Source: Dendrobates tinctorius
Taxonomy: Eukaryota
Direction: 5' to 3'
NCBI RefSeq assembly: GCF_039654945.1
Contig: NW_027361707.1
Span: 4,092,001 to 4,156,000, forward strand
Length of the DNA stretch: 64,000 nucleotides
Shown in pieces: positions 50,958 to 62,953 of the stretch. The position numbers and the translations under genes were made by a program. Position 1 is the stretch's first letter. Each line of letters starts with the position of its first letter. Under the pieces are notes generated by a model. The model had not been told where the DNA came from and searched no databases. It saw only the letters and a list, made by a program, of their open reading frames with translations.

Positions 50958-51064
50958 GTATCTTGGGTCTGCGCGGCCGGCGAGCACAGGAAGCGTCCTC
51001 TACAGCCACATGTGTTTTTACTAGTCGCCGTGTGTTTGTGATTTTTTTTTTTTTTTTTTCTTAG

Positions 51065-51201
51065 GTGACGTTTCAGACGCCGATGAGGGATCCTCAGACT
51101 CACAGGATTGTAACTCCCAGCATGGCCAACAAGCAGGACGGCGTCTTCACGCTGGACGACTGCGCCCAGGCGCTGGAGCAGCTGCATCTCTCCTCCAGCC
51201 G
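51065..51201 (+). CDS. TACC3: TACC3 coding exon 2
   Basis: [21 protein letters not shown]..; donor GTGAGT. Confidence 0.95.
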
Positions 51202-51608
51202 GTGAGTTTCCTCTAGAACATTAGCAGTCATCCTGTTCGAAGGTTCCTTCACTTCCTGTCAATGCGTCATAAATGTCAAAACATCCCTTTAGATAGTCCG
51301 ACCTCATATGTAATGGTCACAAAGGGAGACTTCCAGAGCTGGAAGGCTGCGGTAGTAAGGTGATGCCTGGTCAGACGCTCGGGGCACAAGGGTCTCCCCC
51401 ATGATGTTGTACTTGGGCACTGTATGGGATCTGTAAGGCTGCTTGCCCAGGTTTTGAGTCATAAGTCACATAAGAAAATGCTAAAGTGACTCGCGTAACC
51501 CTTCCTGTCATCCAATTAATGTGTCATAAACTGCTGTAGGGTTGGGTGGCTTATAAATAAGGGGCGAACGTTGTTGGTCACGGCTTTATGTGCAGTCTAG
51601 GCTTTTAA

Positions 51609-51914
51609 AGGCAGTTGTCCAGGACGAAGAAATGAAAAGCCAATCATTGGCATACATGATCAGTGGAGGATTAAAACATGGCTCCCCCGACTGATCAGCT
51701 GATCGCTGGTACTGTGGCGGCTGACGGTACGGGGTACAGCGCCGTAGACTGTGGTGGTCTTTGTCAGGTACTGCTGCTCGACTCCTATTCTGGAGCTTGT
51801 AACAGTGGATTGGTGGGGATGCCAGGTGTCAGACCCCCATTCCTCCCCACACCAATGATCTGATATTGATGACCTAAGGATTGGGAACTGATGTCAACAT
51901 GGTGAACAACCCCT
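51609..51914. mobile_element. Kolobok/T2-type MITE
   Basis: TTAA-AGGCAGTTGTCC...GAACAACCCCT-TTAA. Confidence 0.65.
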
Positions 51915-52053
51915 TTAAAGATGGTGAATTACGGTGTGCATAGCTGTGGTGTTTTTTGCAAAACTGCTATCAAGAATTGCGACGATATGCCATGCATTAT
52001 GGTAACGGGGCATTTATTGCTCATTACTGATTGAAATTTATTTCCTTTCCCAG

Positions 52054-53493
52054 TTTGAATTCAGGAGACCCCAATGTTACAAGTGAGCCCACCACCCTTC
52101 CTGAAGATGAGATTCAATTGATGAGCATGGGAGCGTACACAATTGATTTTGACAACCTAGGAGATATAAATCCATTCAAAAGTGGGAATAAAATGGTGAA
52201 TTCACCTGTGAAATCTGAGCCTCCTGCCGGGGTCTTCACTGAGCCTCCTGCCGGGGTCTTCACTGAGCCTCCTGCCGGGGTCTTCACTGAGCCTCCTGCC
52301 GGGGTCTTCACTGAGCCTCCTGCCGGGGTCTTCACTGAGCCTCCTGCCGGGGTCTTCACTGAGCCTCCTGCCGGGGTCTTCACTGAGCCTCCTGCCGGGG
52401 TCTTCACTGAGCCTCCTGCCGGGGTCTTCACTGAGCCTCCTGCCGGGGTCTTCACTGAGCCTCCTGCCGGGGTCTTCACTGAGCCTCCTGCCGGGGTCTT
52501 CACTGAGCCTCCTGCCGGGGTCTTCACTGAGCCTCCTGCCGGGGTCCTCACTGAGCCTCTGCCAGACTTGGAGGTGAAAAGCGTGTGGGGGGAGGCTCCT
52601 GTTGACGCTTCTCTTGCTGATCAAACTATGTCTTTATTGCGGGCTACCCAATTAAATCCAGATTCTCCAGTCACCGTACAGCTCTGCCCTGGAAGTGTTG
52701 AGGTGTCTGGTAAAGCTTCTCTAGATGATACAGTTCCTCTGACTGAGGAGTCTAACCCTGCCCCTGAGGATTCTAACTCCGCCCCTGAGGAGCCAACACA
52801 TATGGCAGCAGGTGAAGCTTTAGATAGCAGTCCTCCAGAAGAGGCAGAATCTGTTAGTATGGACACCATTGCTGCAGGAGTGATACAAAACCCTAACAGC
52901 GCAGGTGACAATACATCACCACCCAATGTTCCAAATTCTCCCCCACTCCCGAAAGCCACCTACAAATTTGACCCTGGTGAAATTGATTGTATTGATCCAT
53001 TTAATACTGGTGGGTCAAAGCTGCAAAATTCCCCTAAGAATCCAGTTTCTGAAAATGGAGACAATCCTAAAGGTGAGCCGTTGAAACTGGAGTTTGACTT
53101 TGGAGGAGACGATGCTGCTGTCAAAAAGCCACCACCCAAATTGTTGGGGAAGCGTCTTGGTGTCAAACCGTTGCCTAAGAAAAAAATTGCTCCCAAAGTA
53201 GCCGTGCCGGAGAAACCTAAGGAACAAGCTCCTCCTCAGCCGTCAGAACCTGAAGGGGACGTCATCGTTCCCAAAGCATCTTACAACTTTGACTGGGACA
53301 GGTTTGACGACCCCAACTTCAATCCGTTCGGAAGCGGAGGGACAAAGATTGCCGGTTCCCCAAAAGCGAGGAAAGCGGCCGGCGATGCACTGTGTGTGAA
53401 GAAAGAGGAAAGTCCACCAAAGGCAGACGCCGGTGATGCTGTGGAGGAGTTGAGTAAGAAGGCTGACTGCGATACATCAGGAAACATTGAGAA
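52054..53493 (+). CDS. TACC3: TACC3 large coding exon 3 (1440 nt) with three SDP/SPAZ-type repeats and a coding VNTR
   Basis: Open frame; GAYTIDFD..INPF, ATYKFDP..IDPF, ASYNFDWD..FNPF repeats; splice phases agree with neighbouring exons. Confidence 0.93.
52215..52560 (+). repeat. 24-bp coding tandem repeat, 14 units encoding (EPPAGVFT)n
   Basis: CTGAGCCTCCTGCCGGGGTCTTCA x14; the last unit has one substitution. Confidence 0.97.
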
Positions 53494-54063
53494 GTAAGAA
53501 CTTTGCGTATTGCAAACTATATGTATGGGATCTGAAGTGGTGGGGAAATCACTGGTAAACCTTGGATTAATCTTGGTCTTGATACAGTGCCTACTTAGGA
53601 GAGACACTGTATCTGGGTAAAAGTCTTTGGTTGTTCCTACATTAACAAATCGCTAGTAAGCTCTGTAAAGTGGACCTACAGGCTTTCCTGACCTCTGTCT
53701 TGGTAAATAGTTGTGGTCCCAATAAGCCTTGTGCTGTTCCTCCTTTCTCCTGCCTGGAAAAGACTATAAAAAGGGACAGGAGGAACAGCGCAAGAGTCCA
53801 AGAATTGTTCCAAGGTATTTACTAAAACGGACACGTCTGCTGATCACCATATATGCGTTATTGACCGGTCTTGTTTACGCTGGCTTGTACGCTGGTGCAT
53901 TCCACCAAGAAGTCGGCCACTGCCACAGGTGAGGGACGAGTTCTTGACACTGTGGTCTACAGGGTTTAAGCAGAAGATGTCATGGGAAAAATCTATAGTA
54001 ACGTCTGCTTGATTACAGGCTGCACTGGAAAGTCACAACTCAAGTCTTGCTTCTGTATTGTAG

Positions 54064-54124
54064 AACTGTTGAGGAGCCCGGTGCAGCTGAAGAGAAGACT
54101 GGAGACGTCACACAGGAGAACAAG
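54064..54124 (+). CDS. TACC3: TACC3 coding exon 4 (short)
   Basis: TAG|A ACT GTT GAG..AAC AAG|GTGAGA; 61 nt restores the phase between flanking exons. Confidence 0.75.
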
Positions 54125-54671
54125 GTGAGAAGTCTTCATTTCTACTTTATCGAACAATTACTTGACCCCCTTAAATCCTTGTGGCTTTATTGCCTTCACA
54201 TGTGGCCCATGCACATACTGGAAGTAACAATATCTCGCTGTTTGTGTGACCGCTGCAGCCAATCAATTAATATCAAATTGATTTGTGTGGTCTTCAGGAG
54301 CGCATCACTCCATTGCCTGCCGGCTTCATGCTTGTCGGGGGGCAGGGCGCTCCTGAGGATTGACAGTTCAGATCGGCATCATGGGGGGGGGGGGAGCGCA
54401 GGGCCACTGTGGCCGGTCAGATACAGCCGTCTAGCAAAGAGCTTGCACATGAGCGCTCCTGCCTCAGACCAGCTGCTGCTGAAAGACCTCAGAGGTGGCC
54501 AGTAGCCTAAACGAGCAGTAACTATAAATATGCTCTGTGCTCAATAATTGATGGTTTTTTAAACAAATTGAAGGGCTTCTTGTCTTAACAAGCAATTAGT
54601 AATTGTTCCCATTCAACAAATACTAATTGTTTTCTGCCCTGCTTGTCATGACTGGAGCAGAGCATCTATAG

Positions 54672-55158
54672 CAGGGGTCTCAAACTCAGCTGAGTTAATG
54701 GGCCGCACATAAAAAAAAAATTTGAGCTGGGGGGGCCGCATTCCTTTCAAACTAAATACACCCCGTACACGCGCCGCACACCTTGTACACACGCGGCTCC
54801 GCTCCGTACACCTTATACACACAGGGCTCCGCTCTGTACACATCATACACACAGGGCTCTGCACACCTCGAACACACAGGGCTCTGCTCCATCCACCCTG
54901 TAAACCCCTCCTGACCCCACGCATAAACTTGCCTTCATCCAATATCATGACAACCAGCACACTGAGGCCCCTGATCATGTGACCCCTGACTCCTCCCCTC
55001 CTGTGACCTCATCACAAGTCCTGTGCAGTGTGTGTGCACACAGAACAGCCAATGCCATCGCCGCTTCTGAATGCGTACCTTCCTCCTGCCTCAGGGAGTG
55101 AGACATGTGGTGCACCCGCCTCATGGGCCGCATGCGGCCTGCGTGTTTGAGATCTCTG
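54672..55158. mobile_element. hAT-type non-autonomous element
   Basis: CAGGGGTCTCAAAC...GTTTGAGATCTCTG; TSD ATCTATAG. Confidence 0.85.
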
Positions 55159-55600
55159 ATCTATAGTATGACAATAAGGCTGAGAAGACTTGTGCAAAAG
55201 GAATTACATTATCTGCTGCCAGAGGGGGAAGGACACCGATTCTGAGCTCAACCCAGCAAAAGGTAGCAACTAGTGTTGAGCGATACCTTCCGATATCGGA
55301 TCGGACCGATACACCAAAAATATCGGGTATTGCCGATTCCGATACCGGAAACCAATGCAAGTCAATGTGGCACAAATATCGGAATGACAATCACTGTCAT
55401 TGTAGCAGGCATCGCCCGATGGGACTTGTAGTCCCATCGGACGATGCCCGCACAGACCCCCGGCAGGCCCGCACAGACCGCGCATCATGATGACATCATT
55501 TCAGCAGCCAATCACAGCCATGCCATTAGTTAACATGGCTAACACAACTGGCTCATTGCATTATGGGAACTTCCGATTCCGGTATTCGATATTTTTACAA

Positions 55601-58600
55601 TTTTACTCTTCGCCACGACAGCACCCACTTGGAGAGAGGGGTCCGCCCATAGGAACAGGAAACCTACAGAGATAAAAGAGGGCGGTCCGCCTCTCCTCCT
55701 CAGTTGGTTTCCTGTTCCTATCGGAACCACAGGATCTCTACAGAAGACATACCTGGGCCAAGGAACCGCCTGTGCAGTGTCCGTGCGAACGGCAGGGGTT
55801 CCGGTCCAGAAGCAGCGTCGGGGGGAGTGCTGGAATCCGGCTCCCCCCTCGTCTGAGACGGCAGCGTAAAAGAAACACCGGTACCGGGTGGAGCCGACCG
55901 GGGGTTTTCTTATGGATACACGTCACCGGGATCTTTGAGGCAACCATCCCGGTCCGTGTGGGAGTGCGGAGCCGAGATAGAGAGGCTATCTCTGGCGTTC
56001 TGAAACGCAGGTACAGCGAGGACGCAGGTACAGCGCTGGGGGAAGGTAAGGAGGAACTTCCGGGTTACCGGAGGTTCCTCAGCGTACAGCGCATGCGCGG
56101 TCTTTCACAGCCGCGCGATACCAGCAAAGGAGCACTCCCCGCCCCCTCCGGAGAAAAAAAAAAAAATAGGGATGTGATTTAATATAGCGGCGCCGGACGG
56201 TGTTTCCAGGCCGGGGCGCAGGCTAAATGAATGCACCGGAAGCAGGTGCACCTGGGAGGGGGAGGTACCAGGTATTGAAGGGTGGCATAAATAACCGAGG
56301 GGGATAATGATAGAGCGTGCAGACATGTCTTCCCCAAGACAGGACACGCATCCCCAAGCAGGTGATACGGCAGCAGCGGAACAGCGAGGCTCCTCGGATA
56401 GGAGCCACAGAAGTCATGCCAAAAGAACCCCTTCTCAGCCTCCTGAACCGGTACCTACAGCTTCTCTGGGTGAGTGGACGACTCTCTACNNNNNNNNNNN
56501 NNNNNNNNNNNNNNNNNNNNNNNNNNNNNNNNNNNNNNNNNNNNNNNNNNNNNNNNNNNNNNNNNNNNNNNNNNNNNNNNNNNNNNNNNNNNNNNNNNNN
56601 NNNNNNNNNNNNNNNNNNNNNNNNNNNNNNNNNNNNTAAAAGGAAGGAAAAATCAAAAAACAAGGAAGGTGCCCTCTGTACACGTCCTTTACCGGACTCT
56701 TATACAAAGAGGCTGTGCAAAAAGTGCATTTCTGAAAATACAAAACAGACTTCAACATCAGCCACAGATATAAGGGCTATAATAAGGGAGGAACTACAAG
56801 CCCTAACCCAGTCAAGCGGCATATCCAAGAAACCTAAGGCTAACAGACCAACGGCAGTTAGCTTAGATACAGACGAAGCAATAGTCTGACAGCTCCAATA
56901 CGTCTACATCATCCTCTTCCTCTGATATGGAGGGTCGTTCATGTTTTCCGTTAGAGAACATGGACAACTTGGTGAAATCTGTAAGAAACACCATGGGTTG
57001 CACAGACACCAAGGAGCCACAAACGACCCAAGAGATTATGTTTGCGGGATTGACAGGAGGAAGAGGGTTTTTCCCGTTATACCGGCAATAAAGGCCTTAG
57101 TCAAAAAGGAATGGGAGAAGCAGGATCAGAGAGGTTATCTTCCCTCGGCTTCAAAAAGAAGGTATCCCTTTAGCGACGAGGAATTAACGTGGTCTAAGGT
57201 CCCGAAGGTCGACGCGGCAGTTGCCTCAGCCTCAAAGCAGTCGGCCTTACCAGTAGAAGACGCAGGGATTCTAAAAGACCCACTGGACCGGAAAGCGGAG
57301 GCCTCACTAAAGAGAGCATGGGAGGCAGCCACGGGCACGTTTAAGCCGGCAATAGCCAGTACTTGCACAGCTCGCTCTATGCTGGTCTGGATTGATCAGC
57401 TAGACCAACAAGTGGAACAAAAAGTCTCCAGAGACAAGGTACGAGCAGCCATACCACTGATTCGTGGGGTAGCGGCATACATAGCAGACGCATCAGCCGA
57501 TTCACTACGCATGGCAGCCAGAACAGCAGGCTTGCTTAATAACGCCAGACGAAGCCTATGGCTTAAAAGCTGGAGAAGTGATACCCAATCCAAGGCAAAG
57601 CTCTGTGCCATACCTTGTGAGGGTGAGTTTTTGTTTGGAAAAGCGTTGGACAAAATCCTTGCTAAAGCAAAAGAAAGGAAAAAAGGGTTCCCTAACCCCT
57701 CTCTCCCATTTTATAGGAGAGCGTTCAGAAGACGACCATTTGGTAGGGGAAGAACAACAGAAAATCAGAACCGCTGGGCCACGAAAGAAGGAAAAGGAAA
57801 AGGTGCTATGTTTAGGGGATCCTCCTTCCGCAGAGATCGGACCTAGAGAACCAGTCCCTCCAGTGGGAGGGAGACTAAAAATTTTCCTTCAGGAATGGGA
57901 AAAAATCACGACCAGCCCTTGGGTCCTGGGCATTATTAGAGAAGGACTAAAATTAAATTTCCATCATGTGCCCAGTAACTCAGTCATTGTAACATCCCTT
58001 AACTCCCCAGTCCAACAGCGGGCCTTAGAGACTGAAATTTTCAGTCTTCTGGACAAAAAAGTCTTGGTCCAGGTGCCAAAAGGACAGGAAGGGAGAGAAT
58101 TTTACTCCCCTCTCTTTCTGATACCTAAACCCAATGGCTCATTCAGGACGATAATTAACCTGAAGAAACTGAATACTTTTATAACAAATCATAGATTTAA
58201 GATGGAGTCTATTAGATCCGCAATTAAGCTCCTCTTTCCCAATTGTATGATGGCAGGCCTGGATCTGAAAGATGCCTATTATCATCTTCCCATCCATTAC
58301 AGATTTCAGAAATACCTCAGAGTGGCGGTCTTCCTCGAGGGCACCATAAAACACCTTCAGTTCACAGCCATGCCATTCGGCCTTTCCATCGCTCCAAGAG
58401 TCTTTACAAAGGTGATGCTGGAAGTAATGGCCTTCTTACGCCAAAAGGACACGCTGATAGTACCCTATTTGGATGATTTTTTGATAATAGGTAACTCAAC
58501 TAAACAATGTAATGAACGAGTGGCTGATGCAATCTTATCCCTACAGGCTCTTGGTTGGGTAATAAATTTCAAGAAATCCAGAATCGAGCCACAATCAGTT

Positions 58601-59754
58601 CAGTCCTTCCTGGGTCTTCAGCTAGACAGAGGTTTTTCGGAAGGGCTAGTCAACACTCTCCTACAAAGTCGGAAATTGTCTACAACAAAAATTTACACCA
58701 GGGTGTGGAGAAAATTCCTAGAGTTTCACACAGCCCCTGATTCCAGAGAAATTCCAATAACAGCAATTCTAGAATTTCTACAAAGGGGGAAAAAATTTAG
58801 GACTATCTGTTAACACTCTAAAAGTCCAGGTGTCGGCTCTAGGGGCCCTCTATAGTTATAATGTGGCGGGAAATAGATGGATTACCAGATTTATCTCGGC
58901 CTGTGAGCGGAGCGAACCGGTACACATACCTAGGGTCCCTCCTTGGGACTTGAATTTGGTGCTGGAGGCCCTTACACGTGCTCCGTTTGAACCATTAGAC
59001 TCAATATCCCTTAAACGCCTATCTCTCAAAACAGTACTGCTAGTTGCACTAACCTCAGCCAGAAGGGTTAGCGACATACAAGCACTATCGATAGAACCCC
59101 CTTTCCTATTAACATTCCAGGATCAGCTAATATTAAAACCAGACCCCTCATACTTACCAAAGGTAGCAGGGAAGTTCCATAGATCACAAGAAATCCACCT
59201 CCCCTCATTTTTTAATAACCCTTCTACTCCAGAGGAAGAGAAATTTCATACGCTAGATGTTAGAAGAGCAGTATTACAATACATCGAGAGATCTAGCAGC
59301 TGGAGGAAGAGTAGGGCTCTATTTATTTCCTTCCAGGGCCAAAAGAAGGGATATGAGGTCACAAGGGGTACCCTGTCACGATGGATCAGAGATGCGATCA
59401 GCCTGTCATACTCCGCAAGCAATGAAGATCCCCCCGGAAGGTATCAAGGCACACTCCACCAGAGCAATGGCTTCTTCTTGGGCAGAGAGGGGAGATGTCG
59501 CAATCGAGTCTATATATGGCTGCTACTTGGTCAACACCCTCTACCTTTTATAACCACTATAGACTGGAGTTATCATGCTCATCCGACCTAACCTTTGGTA
59601 GAGCGGTCCTCGGCATGGTGGTCCCTCCCAGGTGAAGGTCTCTGAAAGTCTCCAAGTGGGTGCTGTCGTGGCGAAGAGTAAAAAGCCGGATTACTTACCG
59701 GTAATGCTCTTTTAATGAGTCCACGACAGCACCCGTCCACTAACCCTCCCTAGA

Positions 59755-59799
<45 letters not shown>

Positions 59800-60018
59800 C
59801 ACACCATCTTAGTTATAGAAATACAATGAACATATAGAATAATATAATGGCCTAATAATTGGCGGTCCTCCGGGTACTCTGAAATCCAACTGAGGAGGAG
59901 AGGCGGACCGCCCTCTTTTATCTCTGTAGGTTTCCTGTTCCTATGGGCGGATCCCTCTCTCCAAGTGGGTGCTGTCGTGGACTCATTAAAAGAGCATTAC
60001 CGGTAAGTAATCCGGCTT
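55601..60018 (+). mobile_element. Young DIRS1-like retrotransposon (gag, RT, tyrosine recombinase; RNase H region deleted)
   Basis: Near-identical ITRs (55613-55706 vs ~59887-59980); ICR at ~59651-59734; gag to 57846; RT (LDLKDAY, MPFGL, YLDD); YR (LTSARRVSD, AHSTR). Confidence 0.93.
56490..56636. other. Assembly gap (N run)
   Basis: Run of N bases inside the DIRS gag region. Confidence 1.
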
Positions 60019-61103
60019 ATCGAACTCTGTATCGGAATTCCGATACCGTGAATATCGGCCGATATTTGCGGTATCGGAATGCTCAACACTAGTAGCAACA
60101 GCTTTCCTTGGGGATAATGACAGATTCCAGGGATGCTGTGGTCCCAGTGACTTAATAATCAGTGACAACCCCCCCCCCCCCCCCCAAGAGGAACCTGACC
60201 ACCCCCCTTGACTTCTTCCAGATTTGTGGTCTGCTTGTCTGGGTTTATGGAGCGGGCTTAGGAGCTGAGCCTGCTCCTCATGGGGCAGATGCTGGCTCTG
60301 ATATAGTCAGCACCTACCTGTGTTTTATCTAATGGCTGGAGATGGCTCCCATAAAAAAAGTTATCTACTTTTTTTAAGGAGGAGGGGGGGGGAAATAAAT
60401 ACACTTTTTTTACTGCCTGCTTGTGCCGGCACCGATCCGTGCCTGGACGGAGCGGTCACAGACCACTCCTGACAGCGATTCAGGAGATTGTATTATACAC
60501 TACACCCCGCCCCCCCCCCCCCGAAACATGAGTTGATGATGACGGTTTGACAAGGTGTGTAACGGGCATGTTATTAGTTTTTGCACACTCATTGTCCATA
60601 TTGTGATTTGTTACTTGTCTATTACTTGTTTCCACCTTATTTCACTTGATCCTTTGTGAACAGTGGCTTGCAAAAGTATTCAACCACTCAGCATTTTCCG
60701 TGCTTTGCTACCTCGGTACCGTCTCATCTACTGTCAGCGTATATCACACCGGCCTTCGGATAATCTCCAAGGGCTGTGCGTTGTCACTCGCACCCATAGA
60801 CTTACATGGGTGTGAGTGAGCCGAGCCTCTGCGCCAATCGCAGCACTTTGGCTGTGTAGAGGCTGATAACCTTCCTTTTTAAAAAAAAAAAAAATAAATA
60901 AATAAATAAAAACCTGTTATTGCTGAGATTCTTTTTATTGTATAACCCATCCCATGCTAAAGTGTTTTTTTTTTTTTTTTTTTTTTTTTGTACCCCCCCC
61001 CCCCCCCCCACTACAACGGCAAGGAAAACGAAAAATCACCCATGGTCATGATGGGGTTGTCACCTCATAACTGCGTCCCAAACTTTTTCCCATGTCTCCT
61101 CAG

Positions 61104-61296
61104 GTTGATGATGTGAAGATGACGGCTGAGGAACCGGCTGCTACGCAGACTGAAGACAATTCCCTCAAGACTCTTGTGACCCCAGAATATAACGGGCTGC
61201 CCGCTAACGTGGGATTAGTGGACACAGATTTTGGTGCCGCCCTTCAGATGGACTTTAGGTCCGCGGACGAGTTTGACTTCAAGCCCGCCACCGAGT
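61104..61296 (+). CDS. TACC3: TACC3 coding exon 5
   Basis: CAG|VDDVKMT..DFRSADEFDFKPATE|GTAAGG. Confidence 0.85.
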
Positions 61297-61385
61297 GTAA
61301 GGAGCGCAGGTTGATCTGTCAAGATGAGTGTTCGCTGCTTAGTTGACGTCTCGGGGTGACCGCTGTCCTCTTCCTTTTCTTACAG

Positions 61386-61444
61386 TGGAAGGCTTCGGCC
61401 AACCGATAGAAATTGACTATTTGGAGAACTTCGGCTCCTCTTCA
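61386..61444 (+). CDS. TACC3: TACC3 coding exon 6
   Basis: EGFGQPIEIDYLENFGSSS|GTAAGT (conserved DYLEqFGsSS motif). Confidence 0.93.
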
Positions 61445-61466
61445 GTAAGTCTCCTCTGGATCAACA

Positions 61467-61545
61467 TGTTAGGGCAGGTTAGGATAGGATATGGGTTGAA
61501 CTAGATGGACTTAAAGTCTCCCTTCAACCTTGATTACTATGTTAC
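61467..61545 (+). mobile_element. Short CR1 3'-end fragment
   Basis: GGGTTGAACTAGATGGAC..CCTTCAACCT..TACTATGTTAC. Confidence 0.6.
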
Positions 61546-61658
61546 TTCTCTGTCTCCATTGTCGGTGAATTATTTACGACCTGCCCCGGCTATTGTCTGG
61601 CCAGTCCTGACTTATGGAACTTACTAAAACATCGTCCTCCCCTCATGGTCTTTTGTAG

Positions 61659-61783
61659 TTCAAAGAATCTGCTCTCCGAAAGCAATCCCTCTACTTGAAA
61701 TTTGACCCCCTACTCAGAGAGTCACCCAAGAAGTCTGCGGCTGCTGGCCCGGCCGTAGTGTGCGATGTTCCGCTGAGGAGCAG
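61659..61783 (+). CDS. TACC3: TACC3 coding exon 7 (Aurora-A phosphosite and clathrin-binding dileucine)
   Basis: [23 protein letters not shown]. Confidence 0.97.
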
Positions 61784-61856
61784 GTAGGTGACGCGCCAGA
61801 TGGTGGCCATCATCTGTAAGGTGAGGCAGTCACGTAACGCTATTCTACACTTTCAG

Positions 61857-61965
61857 GACGGAGCTCTTCGGATCTTTTCCTGAACCGTCGTTTCCGGTGA
61901 ATCTGTGCCTTGAAAATGAGGAAAAGCCTAAAGGACTCGATCTCCTGGGGACTTTCACCATCTCT
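61857..61965 (+). CDS. TACC3: TACC3 coding exon 8
   Basis: ..[16 protein letters not shown]|GTAAGT; phase consistent. Confidence 0.88.
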
Positions 61966-62806
61966 GTAAGTAACACTTTGAAAAAAAAAGAGAAAAACTT
62001 TTTTGCAGCGTCTGCCATCAAGTTACACCCGCTTCAATCCTGTTAAACTAGTTTGTTGTAGACTTTAAAGTGTTCTCTTCTCGGACATTAAAGTTATTTC
62101 TAGGTTTGCTATTGATGACATGTCTACGGGACAGAGCGATATCTGATGGGATAGGGTCTGACGTCCCATCACGGTTCCATACCTTGGAAAGTGGCCATCT
62201 CTGGGGACTGCGGCTTGGCTGCGATTGGCGTGAATGTGATCTGAGCAGTGCCTGGGAATGGCTACTACAGTATATGGAGCTGTGCTGTGTGGCTCTGTTT
62301 AGTTTTAATCCAGAGCTGAAAACTGCTGATCGGTGGAGGTGCTAGATGTCTGTACCCTACCCTGCCTAATATACTAAGGTTGGCTCCTCCATATCCTAAT
62401 GGAACCTGTCACCTTGGGAAAAACTGTAACCTGCAAGTAAATGGCCTTACAGTCCTTCCTGGCCTCTTTACTAAAAGTGCAGCTACTGGGAGAAAATTAT
62501 CTTGTTTCTCCCTGGGAGCTGCCGGCTTTCAGTCCTAGAGGCGACTACAGTCGCCGTTCACAGAACTGCCCATGAAAGCCGTTCCCAGTCACTTGCTGGA
62601 GCTCCGATGTGCCGCACACCTCAGGATGCAAGCAGTGACCCTGCCTTATATCCTCAGTCCGTGTGCCTGCAGCGAGGCGTCCCTCCTGGGTGCAGCAGTC
62701 TCCTCCTGTCACTATAGCAGCCTGCACTTGTTTAGGCAGCGGCCGCTCCACAATGGTGTCCGGTTACACTCCACAGCCTTCTCAGTACAGTCTTCTTACT
62801 CCACAG

Positions 62807-62953
62807 GACAACGCTCCCTTAATTCCAGACCCGACAAACGTTGTGCCGGCTCCTGACCCTTTCCTGCTGCCGTCTGATGTGGGGGCAATCGTGGAAGTGC
62901 TGAAATACAGCCAGATGGACATGGATGGCGCTATAGAGAAAGTCAGGCTGGAG
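62807..62953 (+). CDS. TACC3: TACC3 coding exon 9 (start of the TACC coiled-coil; the gene continues beyond the window)
   Basis: [31 protein letters not shown]|GTGAGT. Confidence 0.93.

Larger units (their letters stand above)
55271..60091. mobile_element. hAT-type MITE split by the DIRS insertion
   Basis: TAGTGTTGAGC...GCTCAACACTA; 8-bp TSD GTAGCAAC (55263-55270, 60092-60099). Confidence 0.85.

Noticed and set aside
52114-52624. Antisense repeat ORFs over the TACC3 VNTR
   Set aside because: Expected from a stop-free 24-bp repeat
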